Assembly: GCF_006345805.1 (NCBI RefSeq)
Contig: NC_043020.1
Location: 4,650,001-4,714,000 of the forward strand
Direction: 5' to 3'
Origin: Octopus sinensis
Lineage: Eukaryota
Length of the DNA: 64,000 nt
The translations under genes were made by a program, and so were the position numbers. Below, piece by piece: positions 1 through 12,188 of this stretch. Numbering within the stretch: position 1 is the stretch's first letter; the number at the start of each line of letters is the position of its first letter. The notes beneath the pieces were generated by a model that worked only from the letters and a program-made list of their open reading frames with translations, did not search any database and was not told the origin of the DNA.

Positions 1-60
<60 letters not shown>

Positions 61-82
61 TTAAAATAATAAAAATAATAAA

Positions 83-118
<36 letters not shown>
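1..118. repeat. (TAA)n microsatellite
   Basis: Direct reading of the TAA/AAT tandem run. Confidence 0.95.
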
Positions 119-119
<1 letters not shown>

Positions 120-270
120 TACCTACCTTTTCAGTAATTTCCCGTCGTTTTTCTATCGTTAGTTTGTTTTCCGGATCTGTATATTCCTTCTTGTAAGTTT
201 CGTTGAAGTACAGGTCCACATTCATCGTCCTTTTCACTGGATCAACTATAATACAGAAAACAAGAAATTC

Positions 271-305
<35 letters not shown>

Positions 306-492
306 CAGCAGCAGCAGAAGTAGTAAGTTTCCGGCTTTTTGCGCTCTGACTTCAAAAGCTGCTGTCAGAAGTTAACGTTGCCTTTCGTCCTCTCGAAGTC
401 GATAAATTACCAGTCAAGTACTGAAGCCAAGGATATCGACTAAACCCCTCCATGCAAACACTACTGACCTTCTAACAAAATTAGAAACCATT

Positions 493-501
493 CTTCTTCT
501 T

Positions 502-532
<31 letters not shown>

Positions 533-547
533 GTATTATTATTATTA

Positions 548-590
<43 letters not shown>

Positions 591-603
591 TACTACTATT
601 ATT

Positions 604-639
<36 letters not shown>

Positions 640-640
640 C
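493..640. repeat. Compound microsatellite (TTC)n-(TAT)n-(TGT)n
   Basis: Direct reading. Confidence 0.9.
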
Positions 641-713
641 TTGCAGTTGTTGTCTTTGCACAGCTTCTAACGCTGGAGATGTACTGCGGTGTCAGCTGTT
701 CACCACCAATGAA

Positions 714-1061
714 TTAAGGTAACACCACAAATTTTTCGAGCACCACCCGGAGTATTCGAACAGTTCCATGTGTTTTCTGCAAGTTCTCCACCCTTATTGC
801 AGCCCCTATTTGTTCCGTGTACTTCTCAACATTTTTACTCACTGTTCCCAGGGCTCCGACAATTATTGGTACTACTACCTCTTTTTTCCAGCAACACAAC
901 CGCTTAACCTTCCAAGCTAACCTGCCATATCTATCGACTTTTCTTTCTTCCTTATCGCATAGTTTGTTGTCAGCTGGGCATGCTATGTCTATGATCCAGC
1001 ATAGTTTGCTTTCTTTCTCAATTAAGACTATGCATGGTCGTACTGAATTGTAAAATCCCAT
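714..1061 (-). pseudogene. 3' fragment of an RLE-type (R4/Dong/NeSL-like) LINE, restriction-like endonuclease domain
   Basis: Translation CWIIDIACPAD...KVDRYGRL...VPIIVGALG matches the RLE C-terminus of the other R4-like elements in this window. Confidence 0.75.
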
Positions 1062-1311
1062 AGGATTTTTGCATTATCTTTTTCGATGATGCTTTCGGGT
1101 TTATGTCCGTACCACTTTTTTGCTCAGTCAAAGTGTCCAATGGACAATCCTTGTTATATTGTCATGACATTATTATTATTGCAGCGTGGGAGGTGTTTAT
1201 AAGCCATTTAAGAAACACACAAAACCGTTAGATTCACTTCAACATTTAAATTTAATTTGTCAAAACATTTTCGTCGATTTGAAACCGCGACCTGTTCACT
1301 GACAAAGCTTC

Positions 1312-1527
1312 GTGCTTTATTGATCATTAGTTGATCTTTACAGCCATATGAGCCTTTGCGGCACCCTTTCTGCTCTTCTGGAAACAGGTCGTTTTAATCC
1401 AGGTGCCTGTTCAATCTTTGTGATATTACTACAGTGAATGCTTTGTACATTGTAGGGAGACAGGTTATAGGTCTGTAGTTTTCTGGTTTTGCTGCCTCAT
1501 TGGATTTGGGAATTAAGATGGTTTTCC
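1312..1527 (-). pseudogene. Short RT fragment of the Dong/R4-like family
   Basis: GKTILIPKSNEAAKPENYRPITCLPTMYKAF is near-identical to the element at 52800-53050; 5' side abuts (ATT)n. Confidence 0.75.
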
Positions 1528-1587
<60 letters not shown>

Positions 1588-1589
1588 CA

Positions 1590-4500
1590 TTGTCATTTAC
1601 TTTTAATCTGCATGTTTGATGCAATCACCTGCCGGGGCACACCCAGCGCCCTAGGGCAAGTGAAGGTTAAGAGTTGTTGAAATATAGCTGAAAGCTTGGG
1701 GAGGGGAAGTAGAGATATATCTCCATGTAATGCAAACACAAACATTTACATTGATAGGGTTTTTCTAAGGATGTGGGCAGTACTTGTTAGCACAATCTTT
1801 TGGATTTCCTTGAGACATGGTTTTCCAGGGATGTTGTCTAGGTGTTTCTGACATCCCTTTTTTATCATACCTAGGGCACCTACAATAACAGGAACAGTTT
1901 TTGTTTTAAGATTCCACATCCTCTGTATTTCGATTTCCAGGTCCTTATATTTACTAAGTTTGTCAAATTCCTTGACAGATACATTTTTATCAGTGGGGAC
2001 GCTTACTTCTATTAGTCTGCAGGTATTTTCTTCCCAGTCTTTAACAATTATGTCTGGTCGATTAGCTTTGATCGTTCTGTCAGTGTTGACTGGAAAACCC
2101 AGAGGATGGTGACATCTTTACCTTCAACAACTGGCTGAGGATGGTGTTCATACCAGTTAGCAGGAGTGTCGGATTTGTAGTGTTTACATATCTTCCAATG
2201 TATATACTGTCCTACCCTATCGTGGCGATTTTTGTATTCGTTTGGTGTCAGCACAGGACATCCCGAAACGAGATGGTCTATCGTTTCGTCAAATGTGTCG
2301 CAGAATCTGCATTTAGGGTCAGTACCGTTTCGGAGAACGTTAGCCTGGTAATTTCTGGTAAACAAGTTTTGATCTTGTGCTGCCATTATGAAACCTTCAG
2401 TCTCTGCTTTCAATCCAGAGCTCTTCAGCCACTGATGGGTTGTTGCTTGGTCTACATCAGCATTTTGGCTTCGGAGAATATATTGTCCATGCAGGGGCTT
2501 CTGGCTCCACCGCCTCTCAATTTGATTCTGCCCGTTCTTTTTTGCAGTCTGCTTGATTCGCTTTGCTTGCTTGGTAGCAGTGGTTTCCGGCTCTTCATCT
2601 GATTCAAGGTTAATGTCTAGTTCCCTTTCGAACTTATAAGCTTCCTTGACAATAGAATGCAGCTTTTTGCTGCTTTCGTGTTCGCACACAAGTCGCAGCA
2701 TCCAGTCCTTTGTACTAGATAGGTACCTGTTCATTCCTACAGTAGAGGTCTTATAGCACAGCTCTAATTGCATCATTCCTCTCCCCCCGCTGCTTCTAGG
2801 TAGGTACAAGCGGTCTACATCTGCCTTAGGGTGGTGCATGCTCTTGGATGTCAGTAACTTTCTTGTCTTCCTGTCCAAGCGTTGGAGTTCCGTAAGGTTC
2901 CAGTTAATGATATTAAAACTGTACTGGACTACTGGAAGTGCCAGGGTGTTAATGGCCTCAATGCAATTTTTGGAGTTGAGTTCAGTCTTCAGTACAAGCC
3001 TTATTCTCCTATAGTATTCCTTTCTTATTTTTTCCTTCATAGTAGCATGATGTATACCATCTCCTTCGTTGATTCCTAGGTATTTGTAACTTTCCTGTGG
3101 GTCAAGTTCCTTGATGGTAGTGTCAATATCTAATTTAACAGAAGCTGTTTGCCTCAGCTTGCCTCTTACAAAAGTTGCTTTAGCACACTTATCAAGGCCA
3201 AAATCCATTCCGATATCATTGCTAAACTCTTTAACAGTTGTTAGCAGCCCTTCTAGCTCTTGGTCATTCCTGGCAAACAGCTTTAGGTCGTCCATATAGA
3301 AAAAGTGGTTTATTAACTTACTAAAAACTTTGTACCCATATCTGGTACTATCCAATTCGTTTGAGAGTGGGATCAGTGCCATGCAAAAAAGTAATGGAGA
3401 GAGGGAGTCACCTTGAAAGATGCCTCGTTTGATGTTGATGCTGTTGGACTGGCTCATCCCATTACTATGGCTTAGAAAGAGACGTGTGTTCCACATGGTC
3501 ATGCTATTCTCTAAGAATTTTGAGACGACAGGAGAGATCTTGTATATCTCAAGGGCCTTGAGTATCCATTTATGTGGGACACTGTCATACGCTTTCCTGT
3601 AGTCTATCCATGCCATACTCAGGTTTTTGTTTTTGCTCCGGCAATTCTCTACAATCATTCTGTTTATGAGCAATTGGTCTTTGCACCCATAAGAGTTTCT
3701 TTTACAACCTTTTTGAGCTTGTGGAAGGATAGAATTTTGTTCAAGGAAAGCGTACATTCTCTCCGTTATTATGGATGTGAGGATTTTGTAGGTGGTGTTG
3801 AGACATGTTATTTGCCGGTAATTCTTTGGGTTGTTTGTGTCTTCGGTTTTAGGTAATAGGTAGGTGGTTCCTTCAGTCAGCCAAGCAGGTATTTGCTCTG
3901 GGTTCTGAATGACATCAGAGAGAGATGCAGCGAGATGTTCGTGTACCTCTGTCAAACAATTCAGCCAGAAGTTAGGGATCCGATCCAGTCCTGGGGTTTT
4001 CCATTTATGAGCCTTCCTAAGGACACACCTTAGCTCCTCTATTCCTATTGCTTCCCATTTCTGTTCTTCAAGTTCATCCAGTCTCTCTTTCTCGCGTTCT
4101 ATCCAGTCAGCCTCAGCATTAAACTCTTTTTCGTTGCTCCATACCTTCTTCCAGAACTCCTCCACTTCCTCAATCTTAGGTGGATCTTCTATGTGTATTT
4201 TATTTTTGCCAATTTCCCTATAAAATTTCTTTGCATCTGTCTTAAAAAATTCATTTTGTCGATAAAATTTGTTTCTTTTGTCATACCTTCTAAGCCGTTG
4301 AGCTTTCAACTGTATCCGTTGTTTCAACAGTTCCTTAGTTGCAGGGAGGTTTATGAGATCTTTGATTTTATATTTTTGCTTGATTTTTCTAGCTTTTCTC
4401 GGCTTAATATTCACTCCTCTAGCAAGCTCATCGAGAACTGAAACATCCGCCCGCAGAGATTCAATCTCTTTTTGTATCGCTACTTTCCACTTAGGAGGTT

Positions 4501-5220
4501 CATTGACATACCTGGCCTTTTTCTTTGTCATCTTAATACCTAGTTGGGTAGTTACTACTTTAGCAGTGGAATAAATGAGATTATTTAAGGTTGTCAAATC
4601 ATTCCCCTTATTTCTTAAGATCTGTCCTAGGGCAACGTTATATGTCATGATTGTGTTGTTATTTCTTGTGCCATTTGAAAACTTTGGTAGTGATTCTCTA
4701 TTAACCATGTCAGTGAGCTCAATCTTGCCGAGTTCTCTCATAATGTCCACTTTTGCTTCCATAATCTTTTCTCTATTATTCACCTCAAATTCTATGTCAT
4801 ATCTATTTTGGTTTTCTTGAGGAAGGTCTACGTTCTCCTCTTTTTTCAAATCTCTCGTCTTCGCTATTCTTTGTTTAACTTCCCCATTGGGAAGTTGATT
4901 TGCCGCTTGTACACTGGCTTCTGTGCTACTGTTACCTATTTCGTCTACATTGTTGCTGTTTTCTTTTGGTCTACCATGAGCTATTAGTGTCCTAATTTTG
5001 TCAATTTCAGCGTCAGTTAGTCTTTTGTTTTTAATTATATCTCTGCGTACATTACTTAATTTATTTGCGTCTATATATCTACGTACGTCATTGCCTACTG
5101 AATTTCTCCATGAGATGTATGTTTGTACACTGAGGTTATTGTTTGGGTTTAGTTGGGCTGTATCAAAAGCTTTCAACACATCTCTATAGTCCTCTCTGGT
5201 CCATTTTATACGTTTATACG

Positions 5221-5222
<2 letters not shown>
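1590..5222 (-). mobile_element. R4/Dong-like non-LTR retrotransposon, near full-length, in a (TAA)n tract
   Basis: Single ORF with N-terminal WTREDY...WR Myb-like segment, RT (YMDDLKLF), CRFC...HLVSGC zinc finger, RHD and RLE; (ATT)n on both sides (1528-1590, 5222-5301). Confidence 0.85.
1746..5179 (-). CDS. RT-RLE polyprotein of the R4/Dong-like LINE (one frameshift near 2090)
   Basis: 1043-aa ORF 2048..5179, continuing in another frame as ANRPDIIVKDW...VPVIVGALG...LSM* to 1746. Confidence 0.8.
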
Positions 5223-5301
<79 letters not shown>

Positions 5302-5399
5302 GGAGACGTAGAGCAGTATACAATACCGTGGGGTTGTTGATTGAAAGTATTTTGTCTACTATGTCTACCAGGGATTTCTATTGTTTGTCAAGTGACAAC

Positions 5400-5690
5400 A
5401 AGGAACTCAGACAGACAGTACTTTGCGCAGTATGCGTGCAGTTCTAAGTCATGCCGACTTTTGCAATACATCTAGATTGTAGGGCATTTCTAAGGTTTTC
5501 AGATGTTTTTTTGTTTTTTTTTCAGATTTGGTTTATATTGAACCTAATGCTCCGATGACAATAGAGTTAATCTTTATGTTTGACTCTCGTAGCTGCCATA
5601 TCTTAGCGATCTCAATTCTCAGGTCCTATTCCATTATGCCGACCACGGTTTAATGATGCTGACTGGTGAACCAGTTTTGGGGGTTGCCTT
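5400..5690 (-). pseudogene. Decayed RLE-LINE 3' end
   Basis: Minus-strand translation DLRIEIAKIWQLRESNIKINSIVIGALGSI...LQKSA...LRKVLSV. Confidence 0.6.
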
Positions 5691-5772
5691 AAGCTGTACC
5701 GATATAATTTAGGATAAATATAACAACAACAACAACAACAACAACAATAATAATAATAACAACAACAACAAC

Positions 5773-6202
5773 AATCCTTGGAAGGAAATTATAAACATTT
5801 AATGCATAGCTGCGCACGTCTCCACAAATCACGTCTCTTAAGATCACGGTCCGTGTTCCTGAGGTGATTCCAGAGCAATCCGTGGCCATGGGGTTGGTCA
5901 TCTTCATAGATTCATTTCTTCAGGCGAAATAACATTAATGTTACATTTAACATTATGTTATTTTTAACATGTACATGTGTTGGGCATACATATAACAAGT
6001 ATATACATGTTGTATTTATAACATGTATGTTATCTAGCCCGAAAAAATGAATCCATGAAGATGATCAACCTGATACCCACGGATGCAATGGACTGCGCTG
6101 TAATCATGCGAGAAATAGGGACTGTGATCCTAAGAGACATGTGATTCGTGGAAACGCGCGTAGCGATGCATTAAATGTTTATAAATTCCATCCAAGGGGA
6201 TT
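5773..6202. mobile_element. Foldback/MITE-like element with long imperfect inverted repeats
   Basis: Left arm CCTTGGAAGGAAATTATAAACATTTAATGCAT...CATCTTCATAGATTCATT mirrors right arm AATGAATCCATGAAGATG...ATGCATTAAATGTTTATAAATTCCATCCAAGG. Confidence 0.7.
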
Positions 6203-6340
6203 ATTGTTATTATATATATATATACATACATACGTAGTCATACATATACACACACATATATGCATAAACAGTCATATATATATATATATAAATATATATA
6301 TACACATACACATATAAATATATAAACACACATATGTGTG

Positions 6341-6394
<54 letters not shown>

Positions 6395-6395
<1 letters not shown>

Positions 6396-7128
6396 GAGGT
6401 AGTATCAAAAAGTTCCTGGTATGATTCTGTAGCGGGCCAACAAATGGCATCGCATGTTTGCGTGCGCAGTGGGAGCCAGCAGTAACCTTCCTGGGGAAGT
6501 GTGCTGAGTGACATCGTTGTGATTACTTCTCAAGTTAGGAAATTTGTGTTTTTGTGATCACATGTGTCTGCTGTAGTCTGAGATTTTGTCATGGACAGGA
6601 ATAAAGGGGCAGCGTGAAATTTTGCGTTAAACCTAGAAAGTATGTTACAGACGAGGCAATGGGTTGTACGCAATCCGTCAATTGAGAGTTCTACAGCGAT
6701 GGTTCGAATCGTTTGAGGGAGGACATTCGACGAAAGCGACCGGTTCTGTGGAGTGCGAAGAACTGGATTCTTCGCCGAGCTCTTCTCACTCGTGAGTTTC
6801 TCACCAAAACCAAAATGATATCGCTTCCACACCTGTCTTATTCGCTAGATTTAGCACCTGCAGACTTCAATCTCTTCCCCAAGATGAAAATGCAGCTCAA
6901 AGATCGCCGTTTTAACACCGTTGTCGAAATCAAGAGCGAATCGCAGAAGGCTCACGATTCGCTTCCGGAGAACGACTTCCAAGCCGGCTGCCAAAAGTGG
7001 CAGGGACGCTGGGAATGGTGTATTGCTGCGCAAGATGACTATTTCGAAGGAGACGCAATTAACACTTCGGTAAATAAGTTAATTTTTATTAGACATAAGC
7101 AATCCGGGAACTTTTTGATACCACCTCG
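6395..7128 (+). mobile_element. Internally deleted mariner (Tc1/mariner) transposon
   Basis: TIRs CGAGGTAGTATCAAAAAGTTCC / GGAACTTTTTGATACCACCTCG, TA on both sides, transposase remnant LPHLSYSLDLAPADF (YSPDL motif). Confidence 0.9.
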
Positions 7129-7255
7129 TATATACGTATGTACACATCAATACTTCTTCTGGTTAATGCTGAAATAGGGGGAGTGCTAGATGGAAAATGT
7201 GATGGCTGTACGTGTACAAGCTGACAATTTCTATCATAAGTATGTGTCCCTATAC

Positions 7256-7314
<59 letters not shown>

Positions 7315-7403
7315 GTTGAAATTTACAGTAAAACAAAAGACGAAGACGGGTGTATAAACAACAAGCAGGTGTATTAGTTTGTCGCTCGGGGAAGTGAGAA
7401 AGT

Positions 7404-7439
7404 CTTTTACGTTTCGAGCCTACGCTCTTCAACAGAAAG
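7404..7439 (-). other. Minimal hammerhead-ribozyme-like motif (Penelope-type), variant core
   Basis: Minus strand CTTT-CTGTTGA-A-GAGC-gtag-GCTC-GAA-ACGT-A-AAAG: stem I, stem II, palindromic stem III; A6 replaced by U. Confidence 0.5.
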
Positions 7440-7599
7440 GAACACAAGGAAACAAACAAAAGAGAGAATAAAAATACTTGTGCATTTACCGATCAGTCAT
7501 GATATAAACAAGGTTCAGTTGAATAAAGTGCTTGAAGGTGAGGCACCTAGTTAGGTAGGAATAAAATGCACAGACAATAATTTTTATATGAATACCAAC

Positions 7600-7754
7600 C
7601 TTGGTTCAGAAGTACTGGCAGAATGATATTCGAGTAATGTATGCAGTCAGTTTCACCTAACTGAGTATAGAATCCACTCTTGAAATCTTCAGACATGCAC
7701 ATTCCATTAAATATACAGTCCATAATATACTTCAGAACACGCGAGGTGCATGTT
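7600..7754 (-). CDS. Possible host exon (Cys-containing, TCTSRVLK...GFYTQLGETDCIHYS...)
   Basis: CAG acceptor, GTTGGT donor, 51 open codons; phase does not join directly to the 9774 exon. Confidence 0.3.
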
Positions 7755-7895
7755 CTGGGATAAATTAATTACAAATAAATAAGTAACAATTGAAGGACTG
7801 GTGTCAATGCATTACGGCTGTTTCTACTAAATTTTCTAATCGATAAATGAATACATTATATACTTATAAAAAAACTGTTTTCTTCAGGGGAATAC

Positions 7896-9383
7896 AGGAA
7901 TCTTACAATGAAGCACATTTAAAATAATTTTTAAAAACAATTTAAAATCCATGGCAACATACGCATTCAATGATTCAGTCACGGAAGGAGCTTACCAAAA
8001 CGATGTACATTTAATCAGTTCAGTGGGAGGGAGTTTTTCAGAATCATATAGGGGTTAGTTGGCTTGTTATCGAGGGGGAAGGGGAAAGTGATCTCCAATG
8101 ACCTAATTGTCCCCGCTACCAACAACACAGGAAGAACTGGCTCCATTTCTCGAAGACACACTTCAATAAGACGTTTATTGTCCATTTGGCAATGGGGTAG
8201 GAATCAATGATTTGTGATACTATCAACCTTCTTAATTATTAAACTCATTTGTGATGGAACCAAAATACCAGGCTTCTTTACTTACTACTAAGCATGGAAG
8301 AGGGAAGGAAAGGGAAGCGAGGGAGGGAGGGAGAGAGAAAAAAGGGCGAGTATAAATGAAAACGAGGAAGTCAGTCCCAACGGTTTACTAATAAGCATTA
8401 TACTAAGAAATTATAAAGATTAGGGAAGATAGGGTTTTGGTAGCGGATGAGGTAGAGGGACCCTGAAGCAGGATTTTGGAAATCGTTAGATGGGAATAAG
8501 ACAATCTATAAAGTAGCAAAACAATAATACTATAACGATAAGAAATATTATATATTAATTATACAAGTAAATAAGGGGTAATTAGAAAGCATTTAAAACC
8601 ATATAAAAAATGTGTAAAGATATAAGAATTATAAAAATTTGTAAATATATAACGAAATATAAAAATATAAAAAATATACGGAACAATATAAAAAATGTAA
8701 AATAAAAAAATTAGAAATCATACGGGTAAAAATAGTGCGAAGAATAATCTTTTCTACTCTAAGAACAAGGACTGAACATTTGGGGTAGGGAGGGAGGGCC
8801 AGTCGATGAGATCGACCACAGACGCAGGTGGCAATTCGACGCCAAAAAGATAGAATCGAACTCGGCGGAATTTGAACTCCGAATGTAAAGACAGACGAAA
8901 CACTGCTAAGCATTTCGCCCGGAATGCTATCGTTTCTGCCAGCTAACCGCCTAAGAGAAAACACAGAAAATATCGTAGAACGGTGTGAAGAATGAAAACC
9001 ATCCAACCACTGGATAGAAAAGTACTGGGTGAGTTAAGTGTCAAAAAATGCTTGTCTTCTTCTCGATAATAAACAATTCGATACCGAGAGAGAATTATAT
9101 GCATAAAAGTATATAAAGCTTTTGATCATAAATATATAGACAGATCTACTTCGAGATAACAGAAAGTAAGTCATCTTCCAGTGATATTAGACATGTGATA
9201 TCTTGGTACAGGTTATAAAGGCGCAGAGAATATATTATTCTGAAATCCCCTCCTACTGAACTGATTAAAGGTACACTGCTTTGGTAAGCTCATTCTGCGA
9301 CCGAAATAGTGAGAGAATCATGGAATATGTATGTTGCCGTGGATTTTAAAATTATTTCAAATGTCCTTGGTTGTAAGATTCCT
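7896..9383. repeat. Inverted repeat pair (arms 7896-8049 and 9231-9383)
   Basis: AGGAATCTTACAA...GGCAACATAC...GAGCTTACCAAA...TTTAATCAGTTCAGT on + at 7896 and on - from 9383. Confidence 0.75.
8790..8955 (-). mobile_element. tRNA-derived SINE copy
   Basis: Minus strand AGGCGGTTAGCTGGCAGAAACG...GAGTTCAAATTCCGCCGAG (B-box-like); recognised as an octopus-type SINE. Confidence 0.6.
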
Positions 9384-9773
9384 AAAGTCATTTGAAAAAA
9401 AAAATCAGTCTTTTATAATGATATGATGGACTCATTTATCAATTAAGCAATTCGTTAGAAACGACTGTAATGAATTGATACCCATCTTTCAATTGTTACT
9501 TATATATATACATACATACATACATACATACATACACACACACACATATATATATATGGGTGGGTGTATGTGTATATGAATGTGTATATATACTTAAGTG
9601 CATGTATTTGTATGTATGTATGTATGTATGAATGTATGTATACACGCGTGCACACATACGTGTCTGTGTGTATATATGTGTGTGTATATATGCACACATG
9701 TACAAGTACAGATGTCGAATTGTTTATACACATTGCTGTGGAGACATGCTCACACATTTTGCGTCCTACTCAC

Positions 9774-10053
9774 CTGTATCGGATTTTGTTAAAAGAATAA
9801 TGGTTGTGATTAATCCTGCAGCAAGAGCCAAGAGAAGCAGAATAATGCCGGCAAGGACCAATCGCCTTTTCTTTGACCATTTCTTCTTCTGAGGTTCGAA
9901 CTCCAAACTTTCACGCAGGCTGATATCATCTTCTCCAATCCAGTTGACTGTTGGATCATGAAATAAAAACGGCCAAAATGGTGTTATTTTGGGTCGAAAC
10001 GTTCTGAAAAGTGTGCCCCTTCTTGCAGTATCTTCAAAATTTATTTCGTCTTC
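9774..10053 (-). CDS. Host gene exon: basic juxtamembrane cluster plus transmembrane helix (type II membrane protein-like)
   Basis: TTTTTGTAG acceptor, CAG|GTGAGT donor, 280 nt open: EDEINF...KKKWSKKRRLVLAGIILLLLALAAGLITTIILLTKSDT. Confidence 0.8.
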
Positions 10054-10128
10054 CTACAAAAAGATATAAAAGAAACATATAATCAAATACAGACGCAGGA
10101 GTGGCTGTGTGGTAAGAAGCTCGCTTCC

Positions 10129-12173
10129 GGCTCCAGTCGTTTAGTGTTCTTTACTCACCAGTAGAAGTTGTCACGCTGGTGTGCAGCGGCCGAAAATTGT
10201 AATAGAAAGAGGCTCTACTGTAAGGTAAGACGTTTTGCTTTTTGGGTCCAGTGGGTTCCGTTGTTTGTGAGATTTATTTTTTGTACAAGCAAGGAGTCCC
10301 CACTGGATTCTGGGCTTTAGGTCTGCCTGCGGTAAAGCAGTTTGTTTTTCTCACTTAATTGTGAGAACTGCTTTGTGGAGGCGTGTCCCGCTTCCAATTT
10401 AATCTGTTCCTGTTTAACTTCGTGGAAGTTTTTTTGGAAAAACAAACAATTTCAAGGAATTGGACAAGAAATTAAGAAAAATTGTGAAGGCCGGGAGTAC
10501 CGTGTGGCCGAAAATTATTTGTTTTTGCTGTTTTGAACTGTCGTTCTCTTCTTCTGTCTTTTATTTTTGAAACACTATATTGAACTGTTTATTTTAATTT
10601 TTTCTTCCTTTTTGTTAAGACTTTCTTTTTGTTTTCTTTATTATTTGAATTTTTTGTGGACTGTCTTTAAAACTTTTAATTTTTCACATGGCGAAAACCA
10701 AACTTACAAAACGGAAAATAACACCTCCCCCAAAATGGTTAGAATAATTTTAAAGGAAGACAATGGTGTTGAGGACTTACTCCAAGTCCCTCGACACTAT
10801 AGCCGTCTTCCAGAATAAAATGATTGAAAGGGATTATATGCCAGCTATTAAATATATTTCTCGGGGAGTCAAATATACAACGGTGTGGTTGCTGTTTGGC
10901 TCTCCCGGAGAAGCTTGCGAATTCGCGAGCCAGCCCCTGGAGTGCAAGGAAATTTTGTTCCTTCCCACTTATTGTGGGAAGAAGTTGACGAGGGCTTGGG
11001 TTTGCCACCCGGAATTGAGCCCGAGTGGATAGAAGATACTAACCGCCGGGGTCTGGGTGGCAGCAGTACCAAGCTCCTCAATGTGAATATTCTGCCTGCG
11101 GCTGATTGGGAGGGGTCAAAAACTGTTTTGACCCTATGGACCCAATGAGCCGAAAATCTGGTATTTCCAGATTTTTTGAGAATGGCTGGGTCTAGGTATC
11201 CGGTGATGCTTGAAGGACACCACCCCCAAGTGCCACCTGTGCCTGGAACCGGGTCAAATCAGAAAGGACTGCCCTAAGGACTAAAATAAGGTCCCGGAGC
11301 AGTTGATAAAAATACCGCTCCCTTCTCACTCATTGGAGGGAGAGGAGAAAGTCGAGGAGGTGGAAACCTCAAAAAAGGAAAAAGACCAAAGGTGGGCAAC
11401 AATGGTTGCCCACCGAAGGATCCGAGGACTGCTGGAGAGAGGGAGGATCTGCTGGACAAGGCTGATGAACTTTACCCTCTTGTGGCTAAAAGGAAGAAAA
11501 AAAAGGAAAAATGGGACATCGCCGGCGGTTTGTAATACACTGCCAGTGTGTCCCGAATCAACTTTGGTGGGAGTTGTGTCACCAAAGATGGAAATTTTAC
11601 ATCCTCACCCCCGTGATATGGAGAAGGAATTTGTGGACGTCTTTCATAAGGGAGGGACAGTAGAGCGCTGTGTCAAGATGCTTAAAACGAAGGGCCGAAG
11701 GGAGGGGATTCAGTCCTGCAGGGAGGACTCTGACTGGCCTTCGCAGGTGGCTGCGAAGGTCATGAGGGAGAACGGATAATGGACTCCTACCTCGAGGATA
11801 CCTTCAGATTTATGCTAAATTGGCCCGACTTGGCGTCGTCCAGGTGTTTGGCTGAGGCGAGTAGTCTTGTCGGGTAGGAAGATTATTTCACCGATTCATA
11901 AATGGACTTGTGTAAGAGGTTTGTTGCCTCACAATGGCTTTGTATGACGTAAATGTAAGAGGTCAGTTGCCTCCTTAATGTGTTATTATGTAAGAAGTTT
12001 GTTGCTTCAATATGTTTTATAAAGAACAATGTGCTCCTCGGTAAACAGCTATCGGCGGACGTTGCTGTTGTCCTCATTATTATCATATCGTTAATCATTC
12101 CATCTCATTGTGTCCTTGTCCAGCCCGCAGCTTCCTTTCTTTGTAAGGCCCTTGTGGCCAATTGACTGAATAA
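10129..12173 (+). mobile_element. ORF1-only Tx1-like element E1 (decayed ORF1 10688-11877)
   Basis: ORF1 remnants SRGVKYTTVWL, LPTYCGKKL, CHLCLEPGQIRKDCP knuckle; no EN/RT; flanked by 14-bp TSD. Confidence 0.75.
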
Positions 12174-12188
12174 AAGAAGCTTGCTTCC

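Noticed and set aside
10686-10699. E1 start context ACATGGCGAAAA resembles the array target ACATGGCGGAAAG
   Set aside because: Short, a common ATG context, and no insertion there; likely coincidence
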